Of a stretch of DNA of 54,590 nt, positions 38,801 to 49,200 are shown one piece after another. The stretch is from the IMG/VR virus record IMGVR_UViG_3300006752_000035, positions 1 through 54,590 of that record. One strand, 5' to 3'. The stretch is from a virus. Taxonomy: Duplodnaviria > Caudoviricetes. Both the position numbers and the translations under genes were made by a program. Under the pieces are notes generated by a model, which was not told the DNA's origin, ran no database searches, and saw nothing but the letters and a program-made list of their open reading frames with translations. Every line of letters begins with the position of its first letter. Positions within the stretch are counted from its first letter, which is position 1.

Positions 38801-39258
38801 AATTACAAATTTTTAGTTTCCAACCCAAGCCATTATATTGCACTATATGGCTACGAGATAATGCTGATGTAAATAACATTACTATCACAGAATATATTAA
38901 TAGCACTACTAGAGCGTTTAGTCCAGAGTGGCTTACTAACGACGGTGTTGATGTTGTTACATCTGGAAGCTCACTAACTAATGTGCCTGCTGCAAATTAT
39001 CTTGAAAAAGAAAGATTGGCTAGTACTAGTGTTGATATACAAAATGTTCAACCTTTGCGACCAGGTACACTAAAAGATACTATATATGTTGCTCCGAATA
39101 AAAGTAATTCGTTTAAACTTGATAGCGTTTATGGACCAGATAGAACAACCATTTCGCCAGGAGTGTTAAATACAACAGCAACTTTCGTTACAGCAAGAAG
39201 TTTAGAAAATAATGATGAAAATCTTGTAAGCGTAAGTATTACAACTAAGGAAGCATAA
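35803..39258 (+). CDS. Large virion protein, paralog of the upstream gene, with an FCCH-like beta insert
   Basis: Shared motifs as above; ITGITK..ATVTTATAHG...VTIENVVGMTEVN module. Confidence 0.8.
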   Translation: MPQIKIGHDIIPIPTVKTLVPLYDIVQGVPLRDSNGNILVTEEEGPVEALSKAENSLSVVVNNEAETTALGIEEIFAESSEVSTTLLGIPRAEVQLSLFSDVSTYGRNPEEWEFYQFNGVSGRPPGWYRRNNRIYGDHYYTRLVENINEQALTIESFPVAYTSPSGPKFPNYNVQQWNRYVKFIELGNIMWQEFISQYPDFTKETFLDPTLVYEQDNEIMYPEDDEQLGYDLVETWCQAWMQMRDSLLLHPATGKPIKFPSGYDATNTRPGATSTNKYYGQLTSKKAYRYQPGRISGFTYGFRCSRDEASLENIVEWGIGNPTDQYVFQIRGPQFNIVRRSTVRLPDEVLSNMGFQPEDQKVVASREPFVDDEFFELVIQREFFNGDPLNGNGLSGYLLDPTKVTMYKIEFGWYGAIGAKFYAYVPVQNGDARWVLIHTIVIENQLGEPCLQDPYFKFLYLQDINDTSSVRTPQYLYKYGASCYIDGGDNSAGKFYTYSAEDKPVNSARDNSILGVYPKQVIKNSDGYEKPNKKNVYPVDLKVDAQQLTQLEVREIDGCPGFGHHYSPSLKAKQSGQIRSINIDSSGQNFTINPQDAVAITGITKDSYATVTTATAHGYFSQQKVTIENVVGMTEVNDYEFYVYVFSDTTYGLYTDSNLTIPVDSSLYGTYVSGGDSLGNPILRAIDDDAKLINEGIWSTYVNAQGEDGGTFQRRGLEGTYIKSPDVLPQEVRIYGGTEGVVELTTVDKTAVRFSTYYNAIAGATYPITGNAFDVNYLNPVNRESTGQWCEYLIGVTEKKPILVSEQNPQGTPIEKLKFQRKDGVTNDDPNLQDVLFIEFTHSSIYRDRDGNEQAEGDSPAGVKLDLDYRLPRPAGADSGVCSGVSIVIEDRLAYDVGYTTANPITGATDGHYIIWESEPSALLGNFSLIGGEFGIDDTSSGLFFTGEINSYIANVQSQALAYYAPITGDPQSASFTLKLSPIRIQDRATTGDPVKNEIKLQIFSFQPKPLYCTIWLRDNADVNNITITEYINSTTRAFSPEWLTNDGVDVVTSGSSLTNVPAANYLEKERLASTSVDIQNVQPLRPGTLKDTIYVAPNKSNSFKLDSVYGPDRTTISPGVLNTTATFVTARSLENNDENLVSVSITTKEA

Positions 39259-39262
39259 ACAG

Positions 39263-42157
39263 ATGGCAATCCAAGGCGATTTAAAATTTGGTCTTAACGT
39301 AAACCGTAACTTAGCGGATGTAGTCAATAGTACCGAAGCACTATCAAATATTGGTGTAGACATAAAAGACTTAGATGTTATTCGTGACGCTGCTGGTACA
39401 TTAGGTATTACCTCAGACGATGTTAGAGCATTAAGCGGGTTGAATGTTTCTCTACAAACGTACTTAACTAAATTATACACTGATACGCAACAATATGCAA
39501 GTATTATTGAACAAACAGCAGGTACCACAGAACCACTAAAAGGAAACCTAACAATTAACGGACAGTTAGGTGCATCTAGTATTAAATATCAGTACATTGA
39601 TAATGAAGACGATACAACATTAAAATATGCAGATATTTCTACCAGTCGTATATCTAGTTGGAGCTCACCAGACAGTCCTAACTCTACTGAAATTAGTCCG
39701 ATTTTCTACGGTGGCGCAGTTGAAATAGACGGACCAGTAATAACAGGTGAAATTGAATTATTAGAACCTGCTATTGAAGTAAGATTTAGAGACTCAGAAG
39801 TACCAACACATAAAATTGAAGTAGAAGTTAACGGTAGTACTATATACTTTTATGCTATGAAAGGCATTCCGCTAGTATTCAAAGGATTCTTTAGAAACTT
39901 TAATAGTGATCTAAGACTAAATTCAGCAGGCGCAGTTAGTTGGAGAGTTGTAAATAATACAGCATCCTACTTAACTAGAGAATATGAAAACGTAGGCGGG
40001 TCAAATACAACTAGAAGTTATTTAAGATATCGTGATACTAGGGCATCTAGTAAAGATATTGAAATTTATCATAATCCAAATAACATTCGTACATTGCCGC
40101 TAAATGCAGTTGGAATAGAAAAATTACCTCTTGCAAGTTTAGAAGGTCTACAGTATCTATACATATATAGAAACTTAATTAAGACAATGCCAGACTTTAC
40201 TGTCTTTTCACCTAATCTGTTGTTACTAGATATACGTGAAAATAACTTAACATTAAGTGCAGACGCAAATTTAAGATCGTTTAATCAAGCAGTGGTTGAC
40301 AGCATTCCTAAGTCTGTAACTGAAATACGTTTTGGAAATACTTTTAATGGTTCTATAACAGGAAATCTTCGTCCAGATACTATTACTGACGGTAATCTTA
40401 TTTTAGGTAGACAATATACTGTAATAAGCATAAACGACGATCAAGGAGGAGCCGACTCTAATTTTGTAAATGTTGGCGCTGGTTCAAGTGCGTTATATCA
40501 AATATTTACAGCAACAGGTACAGATGCAGGCGGCACTGGAACTGTTGCAGATATGACAACAGGACTACCGAAACTAGTAACAATGAATTTAAATAGTCAT
40601 AGTAGAGGCGGCCCGAGAACATTCTTTGGTAGAGATAGTTTGGACCCAGATGGTAACTTACCTGAGGTACATATTACTTGTAAAAATTATTATGCATATA
40701 GAAATGCTTTTGATACGCTTCCTGAAAGTATAATGGCACTACCAAATTTAAGAATTATAAACATTTATGCTAATAGCATATCACAGGGAAATTTTAGAAT
40801 TGACAGTGACGATATAGACTATGTCAATATTGGTAATAATCAAAGTATTAATAATCCAAACCTAACAGGTAAAGAGAAGATAAGAAACTTTTATAATCAC
40901 TACAGTCGAGGAGAAGGGTTAGAGGACAACGGACTTCTGTATACACAAGCTGGTGATTATAAATTTACTAACTGTAGTAGTTTACAAAGAATTTATTGCT
41001 ATAGTAATAGATTTTACGGTCCAGTAAGTAAATTTAGCGGCAACAATGCTCTTTACCAATTTGAGTCACGTTATAGTCGTATAACAGGTGGCAGATTAAT
41101 TACTGCAAATCAAATGGAAGACGGCAAAGAGTATTATATCTGGTTCAATCCAGAACTTCAAACAGACGATATTATATTAAATCAATATTATGAAATTGTT
41201 GCAAACGATGATTTTGACTTTACAACATTAGGCGCACTTAATAATAATGTAGGAACAACATTTGAAGCTACGTCAATTACTGCTTCAGTCGCAGCAATTG
41301 CTAGAGTAAGATTAGATTTTACTTCAGTTGGTGCTACAACTAATGTTAAATATTCTACATTTACAGCAGACTTGACTAATAATTTTATTAATAATTCTTT
41401 TGCAAAAGTAGTAGACAAGCAATATGTACTATTTGACGATCTATTTGACGACTGTAAGGATACTATGCAATATTTTAGAATGAGTAGTTCTAGTTTATTC
41501 AATGCTCCATTACATCCTGATTTGTTTAGTAAAACATATAATATGCGTGGTATGGAAATACGTAGCTTCAACAGAGGAGTATCAGGTAATATTCCAAGTC
41601 TTGCATCAATGCAACGTTTAAGATACATTGTATTTTTACAGAATAACTTTACAGGACCAGTTCCGAGTTTGTTTAATAACCCTAGTGTTTATTATGTTCA
41701 TTTGTATCAAAATTTACTTACTGGCAGTGTGCCTCAAATTGAAAGTACTGAGCTAAGATATCTATACTTACATCGTAATCAATTAACTGGATTCAACGGG
41801 CTTAATTGTCCAAATATACTAAGAGTGTTTATAAGTTATAATCAAATAACTGGTAATGTGCCTGACATGAATAACTTAGAAAAATGTTATGACTTGTATA
41901 TGAATAATAACTTATTCAGTGGTTACACAGTCGGCGCAATTGTTGGTATGAGAGGATTGAGAAGATTAGATTTAAGTAATAATCCAACATTAACAGGACA
42001 ATCAGTAAATGACATTATTAGTGATGCTGTCCTAAATTATGAAAACAATCCAAGAGGCGGTGTGAGTATTAACTTAGCAAACACTGCAACAGTAACAGGC
42101 GAAGCTGTAGAACAATTGGAGTTCTTAAGAGCAGCTGGCTGGAATATAAGGAACTAA
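39263..42157 (+). CDS. Leucine-rich-repeat virion protein
   Basis: LxxLxLxxN repeats such as LQNNFTGPVP, LYQNLLTGSVP, SYNQITGNVP, LDLSNNPTLTG; N-terminal NLADV..ALSNIG. Confidence 0.85.
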   Translation: MAIQGDLKFGLNVNRNLADVVNSTEALSNIGVDIKDLDVIRDAAGTLGITSDDVRALSGLNVSLQTYLTKLYTDTQQYASIIEQTAGTTEPLKGNLTINGQLGASSIKYQYIDNEDDTTLKYADISTSRISSWSSPDSPNSTEISPIFYGGAVEIDGPVITGEIELLEPAIEVRFRDSEVPTHKIEVEVNGSTIYFYAMKGIPLVFKGFFRNFNSDLRLNSAGAVSWRVVNNTASYLTREYENVGGSNTTRSYLRYRDTRASSKDIEIYHNPNNIRTLPLNAVGIEKLPLASLEGLQYLYIYRNLIKTMPDFTVFSPNLLLLDIRENNLTLSADANLRSFNQAVVDSIPKSVTEIRFGNTFNGSITGNLRPDTITDGNLILGRQYTVISINDDQGGADSNFVNVGAGSSALYQIFTATGTDAGGTGTVADMTTGLPKLVTMNLNSHSRGGPRTFFGRDSLDPDGNLPEVHITCKNYYAYRNAFDTLPESIMALPNLRIINIYANSISQGNFRIDSDDIDYVNIGNNQSINNPNLTGKEKIRNFYNHYSRGEGLEDNGLLYTQAGDYKFTNCSSLQRIYCYSNRFYGPVSKFSGNNALYQFESRYSRITGGRLITANQMEDGKEYYIWFNPELQTDDIILNQYYEIVANDDFDFTTLGALNNNVGTTFEATSITASVAAIARVRLDFTSVGATTNVKYSTFTADLTNNFINNSFAKVVDKQYVLFDDLFDDCKDTMQYFRMSSSSLFNAPLHPDLFSKTYNMRGMEIRSFNRGVSGNIPSLASMQRLRYIVFLQNNFTGPVPSLFNNPSVYYVHLYQNLLTGSVPQIESTELRYLYLHRNQLTGFNGLNCPNILRVFISYNQITGNVPDMNNLEKCYDLYMNNNLFSGYTVGAIVGMRGLRRLDLSNNPTLTGQSVNDIISDAVLNYENNPRGGVSINLANTATVTGEAVEQLEFLRAAGWNIRN

Positions 42158-42158
42158 T

Positions 42159-43157
42159 ATGGCTGGTGCATTACAAGGGTTTGTTAGATCAGGAAACTTA
42201 ATTGAAAACACACAAGATAGATCGGCGCTAAACAACTTAGGCGAGGCGCCAATTGCTGATGATATTTCATTGTTTATTAACAATAACTCAAACGAATCAA
42301 TCTTAGAAATAAGTGCTAGTGAATACGATAGGATTAGCGGATTAGTTACTATTGTTAATACATCACAAGAATTAGCAAGACTACGAAGTGCAGTATTTAC
42401 TAATGCTGATCCAATACGTATTGAATATCTTGATGGTACAATTATTAAGCAAGCGTGTTTTGTTAGAGATAGTGACGGAGAAACACAGTTTGGATTTTCA
42501 AACAATGTTGAAGGCACTGACGATTTTACTTTTAGACCCGAAGCTGATTTTAGAGTTGTTCGATCAGATAAAGTTGTATTAGAAAACCTTACATTCTTAG
42601 GTGTAGAGCAATCTACCTCAAGTTTCAGCACTGGGTTAACTGATGGTAGTGGAGCAGATAGCGGGGGTGATTTTGGTATTACAGGTGATTATGCTTCAAA
42701 CTTTGAAGAAATTTATCAGTATCTTGATGTTGCGAAATACCAAGCAACAAGAAAATTTGTTAGCGATGAGGACGTTGCAACAGATGACAACTTTGAGCTA
42801 GAAGGTGTATTTACTATTAGAGATCCGGGCAATACTATTGTTGAAGAAGGTCTAAGTGCTGTAAGTCCGGGATTGTATATTACTAATCCGGAAAGTCCGT
42901 TATTTAATATTCAAAAGATCTTAGCATTCTCAGATACATTTAATCCTTGGGAGCAAGTTAATGACGGTACTTACGATTTACTACAGACTAGATCACTAAG
43001 TGTAACTGCCGGCGATTTAATACTCAATCAAGGTTTTGATGTACAGGGAGTTAGTACAATAAGTGCTACAGGTAATGTTGATAGTAATAACTTTACACAC
43101 AAAGTTCCGTTTAATCTAAACGGTGTAACATACTTCCTTTGTTTATCTAATACTTAA
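42159..43157 (+). CDS. Putative virion protein
   Basis: N-terminal GF.RSGNL.E...ALNNLG motif shared with neighbours. Confidence 0.75.
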   Translation: MAGALQGFVRSGNLIENTQDRSALNNLGEAPIADDISLFINNNSNESILEISASEYDRISGLVTIVNTSQELARLRSAVFTNADPIRIEYLDGTIIKQACFVRDSDGETQFGFSNNVEGTDDFTFRPEADFRVVRSDKVVLENLTFLGVEQSTSSFSTGLTDGSGADSGGDFGITGDYASNFEEIYQYLDVAKYQATRKFVSDEDVATDDNFELEGVFTIRDPGNTIVEEGLSAVSPGLYITNPESPLFNIQKILAFSDTFNPWEQVNDGTYDLLQTRSLSVTAGDLILNQGFDVQGVSTISATGNVDSNNFTHKVPFNLNGVTYFLCLSNT

Positions 43158-45484
43158 CTTCCATTAGTAGTACCTAAAATGTAAAACTGTGAATTCTGTA
43201 CTTTTACTGGAAATTTATCAGTGAAAGAAAATGTTCCTGAAGACGGAAGCTCTACAATATTGCTAGCCGATTGTACAGTAAAACTAAGTACCCTTAATAT
43301 AGGATCGTCATCATTTGGGTCAGTTGATCCAGCAAGTTTTAGACCTACTACTGAGCCGCCTCCGTCTGTTGTGCGCAGACCAGCTGGCGTTCCAATAAAC
43401 GGTGGTGCAGTATTTAACGGTATAACACACGCTTCTTTATTTTGTACAGTATTACTTGGACAAATTACAACTGTTGTACCAGCTACCATATCACCAATAG
43501 GATTACCATTAGCATCTGTTGAACGTATATTTTTACTTACTCTAATAGTATTAGCTGGATAGCCAGATGGATTTATTTCAGTAACAACTGTAAGTGTTCC
43601 AGGATCATATTGATCAACTGTTTCAATAAATGGACTACTTTGTATAACATTACCGATTCCTATATCGTCTACGTTATTAAGAGTTATATAGTCTTGTCCA
43701 CTTAGTGACGTAGCATTAACTTCTTTACCTATTACGCCTATACAATAATTATCAAGAGCATGATTACTTAAACCTACATCTCTATAGATATAGATTCTCT
43801 CAAGTGAGCTAATATTAAGATCAATGCTAGTTGTAAATTGTGTATTTCCTAATACCTCTGTTACACGTATGTAAACAGACCCACTATAAGTTTCTGTAAC
43901 AACAACATCGCCTACTCTTATATTAGCATTACTATTAACAGATACTGTATTGCCTGTACTTGTACAAAGATCACTTGCAGCATATCCTCGATGGTCAATA
44001 AATTTTATATCAAGAGAAGCATCTGATTCAGCCATATCTTTAACAATTACAATGCTATTCCTGGCAATATCAATAACTTCTGACACAGCGTCTGGTAAAC
44101 TATTAGCAAATACAATGTTTCCGATTTCAATATCATCAGTATACGGAGAAGTAGTAGATACCGATAGTACTTCACTATCTTCTAAAGTGCTATATCTATA
44201 CTCTGCTCTTAAGATATCAGCATAAACTAGTGGCGGTGTATAACGCATAGCAAGAGGAGAAATACTAGCAAACTCATTATACTGAGTACTGTTGATAGGA
44301 TCTTCAGGTCCTATTATTCCGCCGCCTGCTAATAGTCTTTTATCATAGAATCCTTTAAAACTATCGTCGGTATTAATCTCGCCAACTTCTGTATACAAAT
44401 ACCAGTATGGAAAACTGCCGCTGCCTGGTCTTTGTAGGGTTGATAAATTAGCATCCAACACTTTGTTAAAATAATTTGTTTCCTCACCGGGCCACCATAA
44501 CGTTATTCTAATTTTTCTTGGGACATACTTCTCTAGATTAGTTAATGGTATGGTTAATCTATATTCTTCGCCGCCTATATTTTCTGCGTTACTAAGGTCT
44601 AATCTTGAATCTTCAGGTAAAGTTACATTTTGATTTAAAAACATAGCATTACTGCCTGCGCTGTTGACATATAACCCTGCTTCAATTTCGGTTTGTAGTA
44701 TTGCTGCACCGTTGTTGTCGAACGCAGCAGTAACTTTGTCGCCGTTTGCTACAGTTTTCGCTTCTTGCCTAGTAAGGTTAACTCTATCATCATCACTAGT
44801 TCCGTCTGTTGCAAAAACTCTTCTTTCTTGTTTATACACATTTTTTTTAATTTCGTAAGTGCCTTCTGCATTTCCAAATTCAAGAATAAAAAGACCAGTT
44901 ACTCCGACATTAATTGTTGATGTACCGCTCGAGTCAGGTACATAAAAGCCCTCCCATTGTATAGCACCATTAGCACCATCTAGGCCTTCGTCTAGTTTGT
45001 TTGAAAATTCAAACAATCCAGTAGTCCAGTATTTCTTACGTACATTTGGGTTTCCAAATACTACATCTGATCCTCTAGAGTTGATATTTAAATTATCGTT
45101 AATTTGATCCCATTCATAAAAATCAGCAAATAGACCATCACCACCATTAAAGAACGGTGGATCACTAGTAGTAGCAGTAATAGTATCTAACTGATTCTTA
45201 ACTGTAATAAGAGGTATTGCTACTTCTTCTACAATTTCTGATGTTTCCGGATCTAGATATGCATTTTTTACTGCTAAGTTTGCCATCTTTCCTATATCAG
45301 CATTTGTTACTGTTGAATTTGCAATACCCTTAATAGCATCTAAATCTCCCCCACCGAAGGTCTGTCCTTCGTCAGTAACAACAAGGTTGTTAAGTAAGTT
45401 GTTTAATGCATCTTCAGGGTTATTTACGTCTGCAAGATTTAGGTCTCGTCTAAGCCCTATATTGTTAAATGATGGTCGTGCCAT
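43154..45484 (-). CDS. Putative virion protein with PA14-like domain, on the opposite strand
   Basis: GLFADFY...AIQWEGFYVPDSSG PA14-like pattern; N-terminal GLRRDLNLADV..ALNNL; AGGAG RBS. Confidence 0.75.
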   Translation of the reverse strand: MARPSFNNIGLRRDLNLADVNNPEDALNNLLNNLVVTDEGQTFGGGDLDAIKGIANSTVTNADIGKMANLAVKNAYLDPETSEIVEEVAIPLITVKNQLDTITATTSDPPFFNGGDGLFADFYEWDQINDNLNINSRGSDVVFGNPNVRKKYWTTGLFEFSNKLDEGLDGANGAIQWEGFYVPDSSGTSTINVGVTGLFILEFGNAEGTYEIKKNVYKQERRVFATDGTSDDDRVNLTRQEAKTVANGDKVTAAFDNNGAAILQTEIEAGLYVNSAGSNAMFLNQNVTLPEDSRLDLSNAENIGGEEYRLTIPLTNLEKYVPRKIRITLWWPGEETNYFNKVLDANLSTLQRPGSGSFPYWYLYTEVGEINTDDSFKGFYDKRLLAGGGIIGPEDPINSTQYNEFASISPLAMRYTPPLVYADILRAEYRYSTLEDSEVLSVSTTSPYTDDIEIGNIVFANSLPDAVSEVIDIARNSIVIVKDMAESDASLDIKFIDHRGYAASDLCTSTGNTVSVNSNANIRVGDVVVTETYSGSVYIRVTEVLGNTQFTTSIDLNISSLERIYIYRDVGLSNHALDNYCIGVIGKEVNATSLSGQDYITLNNVDDIGIGNVIQSSPFIETVDQYDPGTLTVVTEINPSGYPANTIRVSKNIRSTDANGNPIGDMVAGTTVVICPSNTVQNKEACVIPLNTAPPFIGTPAGLRTTDGGGSVVGLKLAGSTDPNDDDPILRVLSFTVQSASNIVELPSSGTFSFTDKFPVKVQNSQFYILGTTNGS

Positions 45485-45503
45485 GAATCTCTCCTGTATA
45501 AAC

Positions 45504-45522
45504 TATTTATCTTAGATAAATA
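45504..45522. promoter_or_regulatory. Palindromic pair of divergent late promoters
   Basis: TATTTATCT-T-AGATAAATA, a 9-bp inverted repeat giving TAAATA on both strands. Confidence 0.7.
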
Positions 45523-45546
45523 CATATAACAAATAGGAAGAAGTCC

Positions 45547-46230
45547 ATGGCAATAGAATTAATTAACATTGGTAGAATAGCAAACGACGGTACTGGAGAC
45601 GATTTGCGTGAAGCCTTTACTAAAGTCAATCGTAGTTTAGAAGACCTAGATTTACGTATTGATGATAATACTGAAGGTTTAAATGTAGGCGCAGGCGCTG
45701 AAGTTTTTAAACGAAGAAATGGGTATGACTTAGAATTTAGAACTATTGTAAGTGGTGCTAATGCGGTAGTTACCGAAAATACTAATACAGTTACAGTAGC
45801 AGTTGATCCAACTCTTGCTGACAGAGATGTAATTGCAGATGCAGGCGCAATGACAGTACCTGCAAGGCAAGGTATTAGAGTTATGGGTGAACAGGGTATT
45901 ACAACATCAGTAGACCAAGCAAGTAATTCACTTTTAATATCAGGAAATGCTTCATTATCAACAGATACAAATCCTACGCTGACTTCGACACTAAACGGTA
46001 ACCAAAACGATATTGTAAATATTGATCTTATGACAGCAAATAATGTTGCTTCGTTAGTACATAATATTGATATTAGAGATCATGAAGGTTTTTTCGAAGA
46101 TTTTGATCTCGGAGAGGTAAGGGGAGCAGGCATTAGGTCATTCCTTGACTACTTTAGATATTATATTGATATCGAGTTTGGAACAGTAGATAACCCAATA
46201 GGGCCAGACTTAGACTTTGGCGCATTTTAA
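45547..46230 (+). CDS. Baseplate/tail protein with T4 gp9/gp10-type N-terminus
   Basis: INIGRIANDGTGDDLREAFTKVN. Confidence 0.8.
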   Translation: MAIELINIGRIANDGTGDDLREAFTKVNRSLEDLDLRIDDNTEGLNVGAGAEVFKRRNGYDLEFRTIVSGANAVVTENTNTVTVAVDPTLADRDVIADAGAMTVPARQGIRVMGEQGITTSVDQASNSLLISGNASLSTDTNPTLTSTLNGNQNDIVNIDLMTANNVASLVHNIDIRDHEGFFEDFDLGEVRGAGIRSFLDYFRYYIDIEFGTVDNPIGPDLDFGAF

Positions 46231-46264
46231 ACCTAGGTTGTCTATCTAAAAGGAAAAAGTTTAT

Positions 46265-49200
46265 ATGGTAAATCTTTGGAACGTACCTAACAATCACACT
46301 ATAACACTTGCTGAAAGAATTAGACTAGATCCGGGTGATTTAACATTACCTGTATTACCAGAAACAACTAGTATATCAGTAATTGCAGGTAAACTGCCCA
46401 GCGGGTTAAGAGTTGAAGGTCTTGACATTAGAGGAACACCATTTGAAGAAGCAACTACTACTGAATATAAAATAGTATTTAGAGCATCTAGTCCAAATGG
46501 ATTTACTGATCGTACTATTATATTTTTAGTAGGAGACGAAGACGAACCGTTTTGGGTTACTAATCCAGACTTACTAGCAGTAGGTAGAGGTAATAGTTAT
46601 TTTATTCTTGATAATGAATTTATTGATTATCAATTAATAGCACAAGATCCAGATGTTAGTGCAGGACAACCATTAGAGTATTATGTGCGTCCAGGAGACG
46701 GCAATCTTCCTCCAGGAATTGAACTTACAAAAGAAGGAAGACTAGTTGGTGTAGTTGAGCCTTTACTAGCACTAGATAAACGTGCTGAATCAGGTGGCTG
46801 GGATACATCACCGTACGATGTATATCCGTCAGACTTTGCTATAAAAAGTGATAATGGTTGGGATAGTTTCTTTTACGATACATTTACTTTTGACTTCAAT
46901 TATAAAGCACAGACACCAAAAAAATTAAATAGATATTATGAGTTTAGAGTAACAGTTAATGACGGTTATACTCAAACTCCTCCGCAGCGTATATTTAGAA
47001 TATATGTAGTAGGCGATGATTTTTTACGTTCAGACAACTCCATACTAAAAGTTTCAACAGGTATTTTTAGAGCTGATAACACAAACGTTAGACAACCTGT
47101 ATGGTTAACACCTGCAGACTTAGGCTACAAACGTGCTAATAATAATATTATGATATACTTAGATGTATATGATTCTAATACATTAGACGGTAAAGTACTA
47201 TATAATTTAGAAGATTTTAATGATGACGGTACTCCAAGTGTTATTCCGCCAGGAACAAAGATTGATACTATATCAGGAGAAATTGGCGGCACTATAGGAT
47301 ACCAACCTGCAATAACAAAAGAATATAAATTTACAGTAAATGCAACTAGATTTTCACTTGATATAGACTATGCGTTTGTTACTGGTACAATTTACGAAGA
47401 CGTAATGTCTGGTAATAGATCGTTTCAAATTTATAAACTTCCGTTAACTGTACAAGATGGAATAACACTTAATGACGGAATTGAAGATCTTGCTGTCCTA
47501 CGAGGATTAAGATTATCAATAGAAGGTCGATCGTATCAAGTTGAAGCAGTTGATGGAACAAATGAAGACTTTGATATCATAACACTTACTACACCTTTAG
47601 AATCTAAAATTGAATTTGTAGTAGCTGAAGCACAGTCATTAGAAACATACTATGTGTATGCTGAACGTATAAACTTTATTGCAGCTCAAAACTTTATAGG
47701 TAAAACACTACGTTTTGCTCCAGGAAATAGTGGCGAAAGATATAGTGTAAAACAAATTATAGATTATGTAGAGTGGGAAATAAGAAGTCCTAGTAGTAGT
47801 ATTGAGATTAATCTTGCAGCCGCAGATGTATCTCCATTAATAGGAGGCCTTGTTGAATCAAGACCGGATAAGATTAGAAGAGTATTTAAATTAAATGATG
47901 ACAATACTTTAGATCCTTGGCCAGTATCTGTAACTGCTGCTGATGCAGACCTTATAAGATTTAAAGCCCCTAAGAGCTTACTTACAAGCGAATATAAGAT
48001 CAAAGATATATTTGTTCCAGCATCAGATGGTGAAGACGATTTAAAATTTACACTAATTAGCGACGATCTTAGTGTTGTTAAGTTTAACGAAAACTTCCAA
48101 AACGGACGACAATGGAACGTAGGACAACGTGTAGGACTAGCATTATTTTCAGATGACTTCTTTGAGAAATCAATTGTTAGTACAGCAAATACCGATATAA
48201 CAAATCCTGCTACTGCTAAAACATTTAGTCTAAAAATACTTGGAGAAGTTGATAGTACAATTGAATGGTTATCTCCAGCAGACTTAGGTACAATTACAGC
48301 AAACTTTATTAGTACTCTTAGAGTTGTTGCAGCAACAACAGTTCCTGATGCAAGATTAGTTTATACACTAGAAAGCGGATCTTTGCCTAATGGATTAACA
48401 CTTGCTTATAATGGTGAAATTATTGGTAAAGTGTCGCAGTTTGGTACTTTAGACAACTTAGGCTTAACAACGTTTGACAGTGCTGATTTTTCATTAGACG
48501 ACAGTAGTACTAGTATTGATAGACGTAAGCGATTTACTATTAAAGCAGCAGATAGATTTGGATACAGTGCAATTACACAGGAGTTTACTGTCTTAATTAA
48601 CGATGAAGACGATACACTATATAGTAACTTGTATATGCGTCCTATGTTAGCACCTTCAATGCGAGATCAGTATAGAAGATTTATTAGTAATCCTCTTATA
48701 TTTCCTCCTAATACAATATATAGAGCTGCTGACAAGAACTTTGGTATACAACCAACAATTAACATGCTGGCATATGCAGGTATCGAAACTAAACAAATAG
48801 ACGAATTTGTTGCTGCTACTGCTAAAAATCATAGACGTAAACAGTATCAAACTGGTGCTGTAAAAGTTGCTAAGGCTAAAGAGCCAGGAACAACTGATGT
48901 AGTATACGAGGTTGTATATTTAGAAGTAATTGATCCTCAAGAACCTAAACAAGGAAAAGTGTCAGAGTTTGTAGTAGCAACTCCAGATCCAGCAATAACT
49001 GTTGACAGTGTAGGTATTGAAGCTAAAGATGATAGTACTGCACAAGACACTGGTGCTAATACTGTTCCAGTCGACGGAAGATTTAGGGACCAATACGTTG
49101 TAGTAGATGGCAACGAGTCAATGACAGTTAGAACACGAGATGGAACGCCTTTACAGCAACTTATTGACAACGACGATATTGATATTACACTACGAGACGG

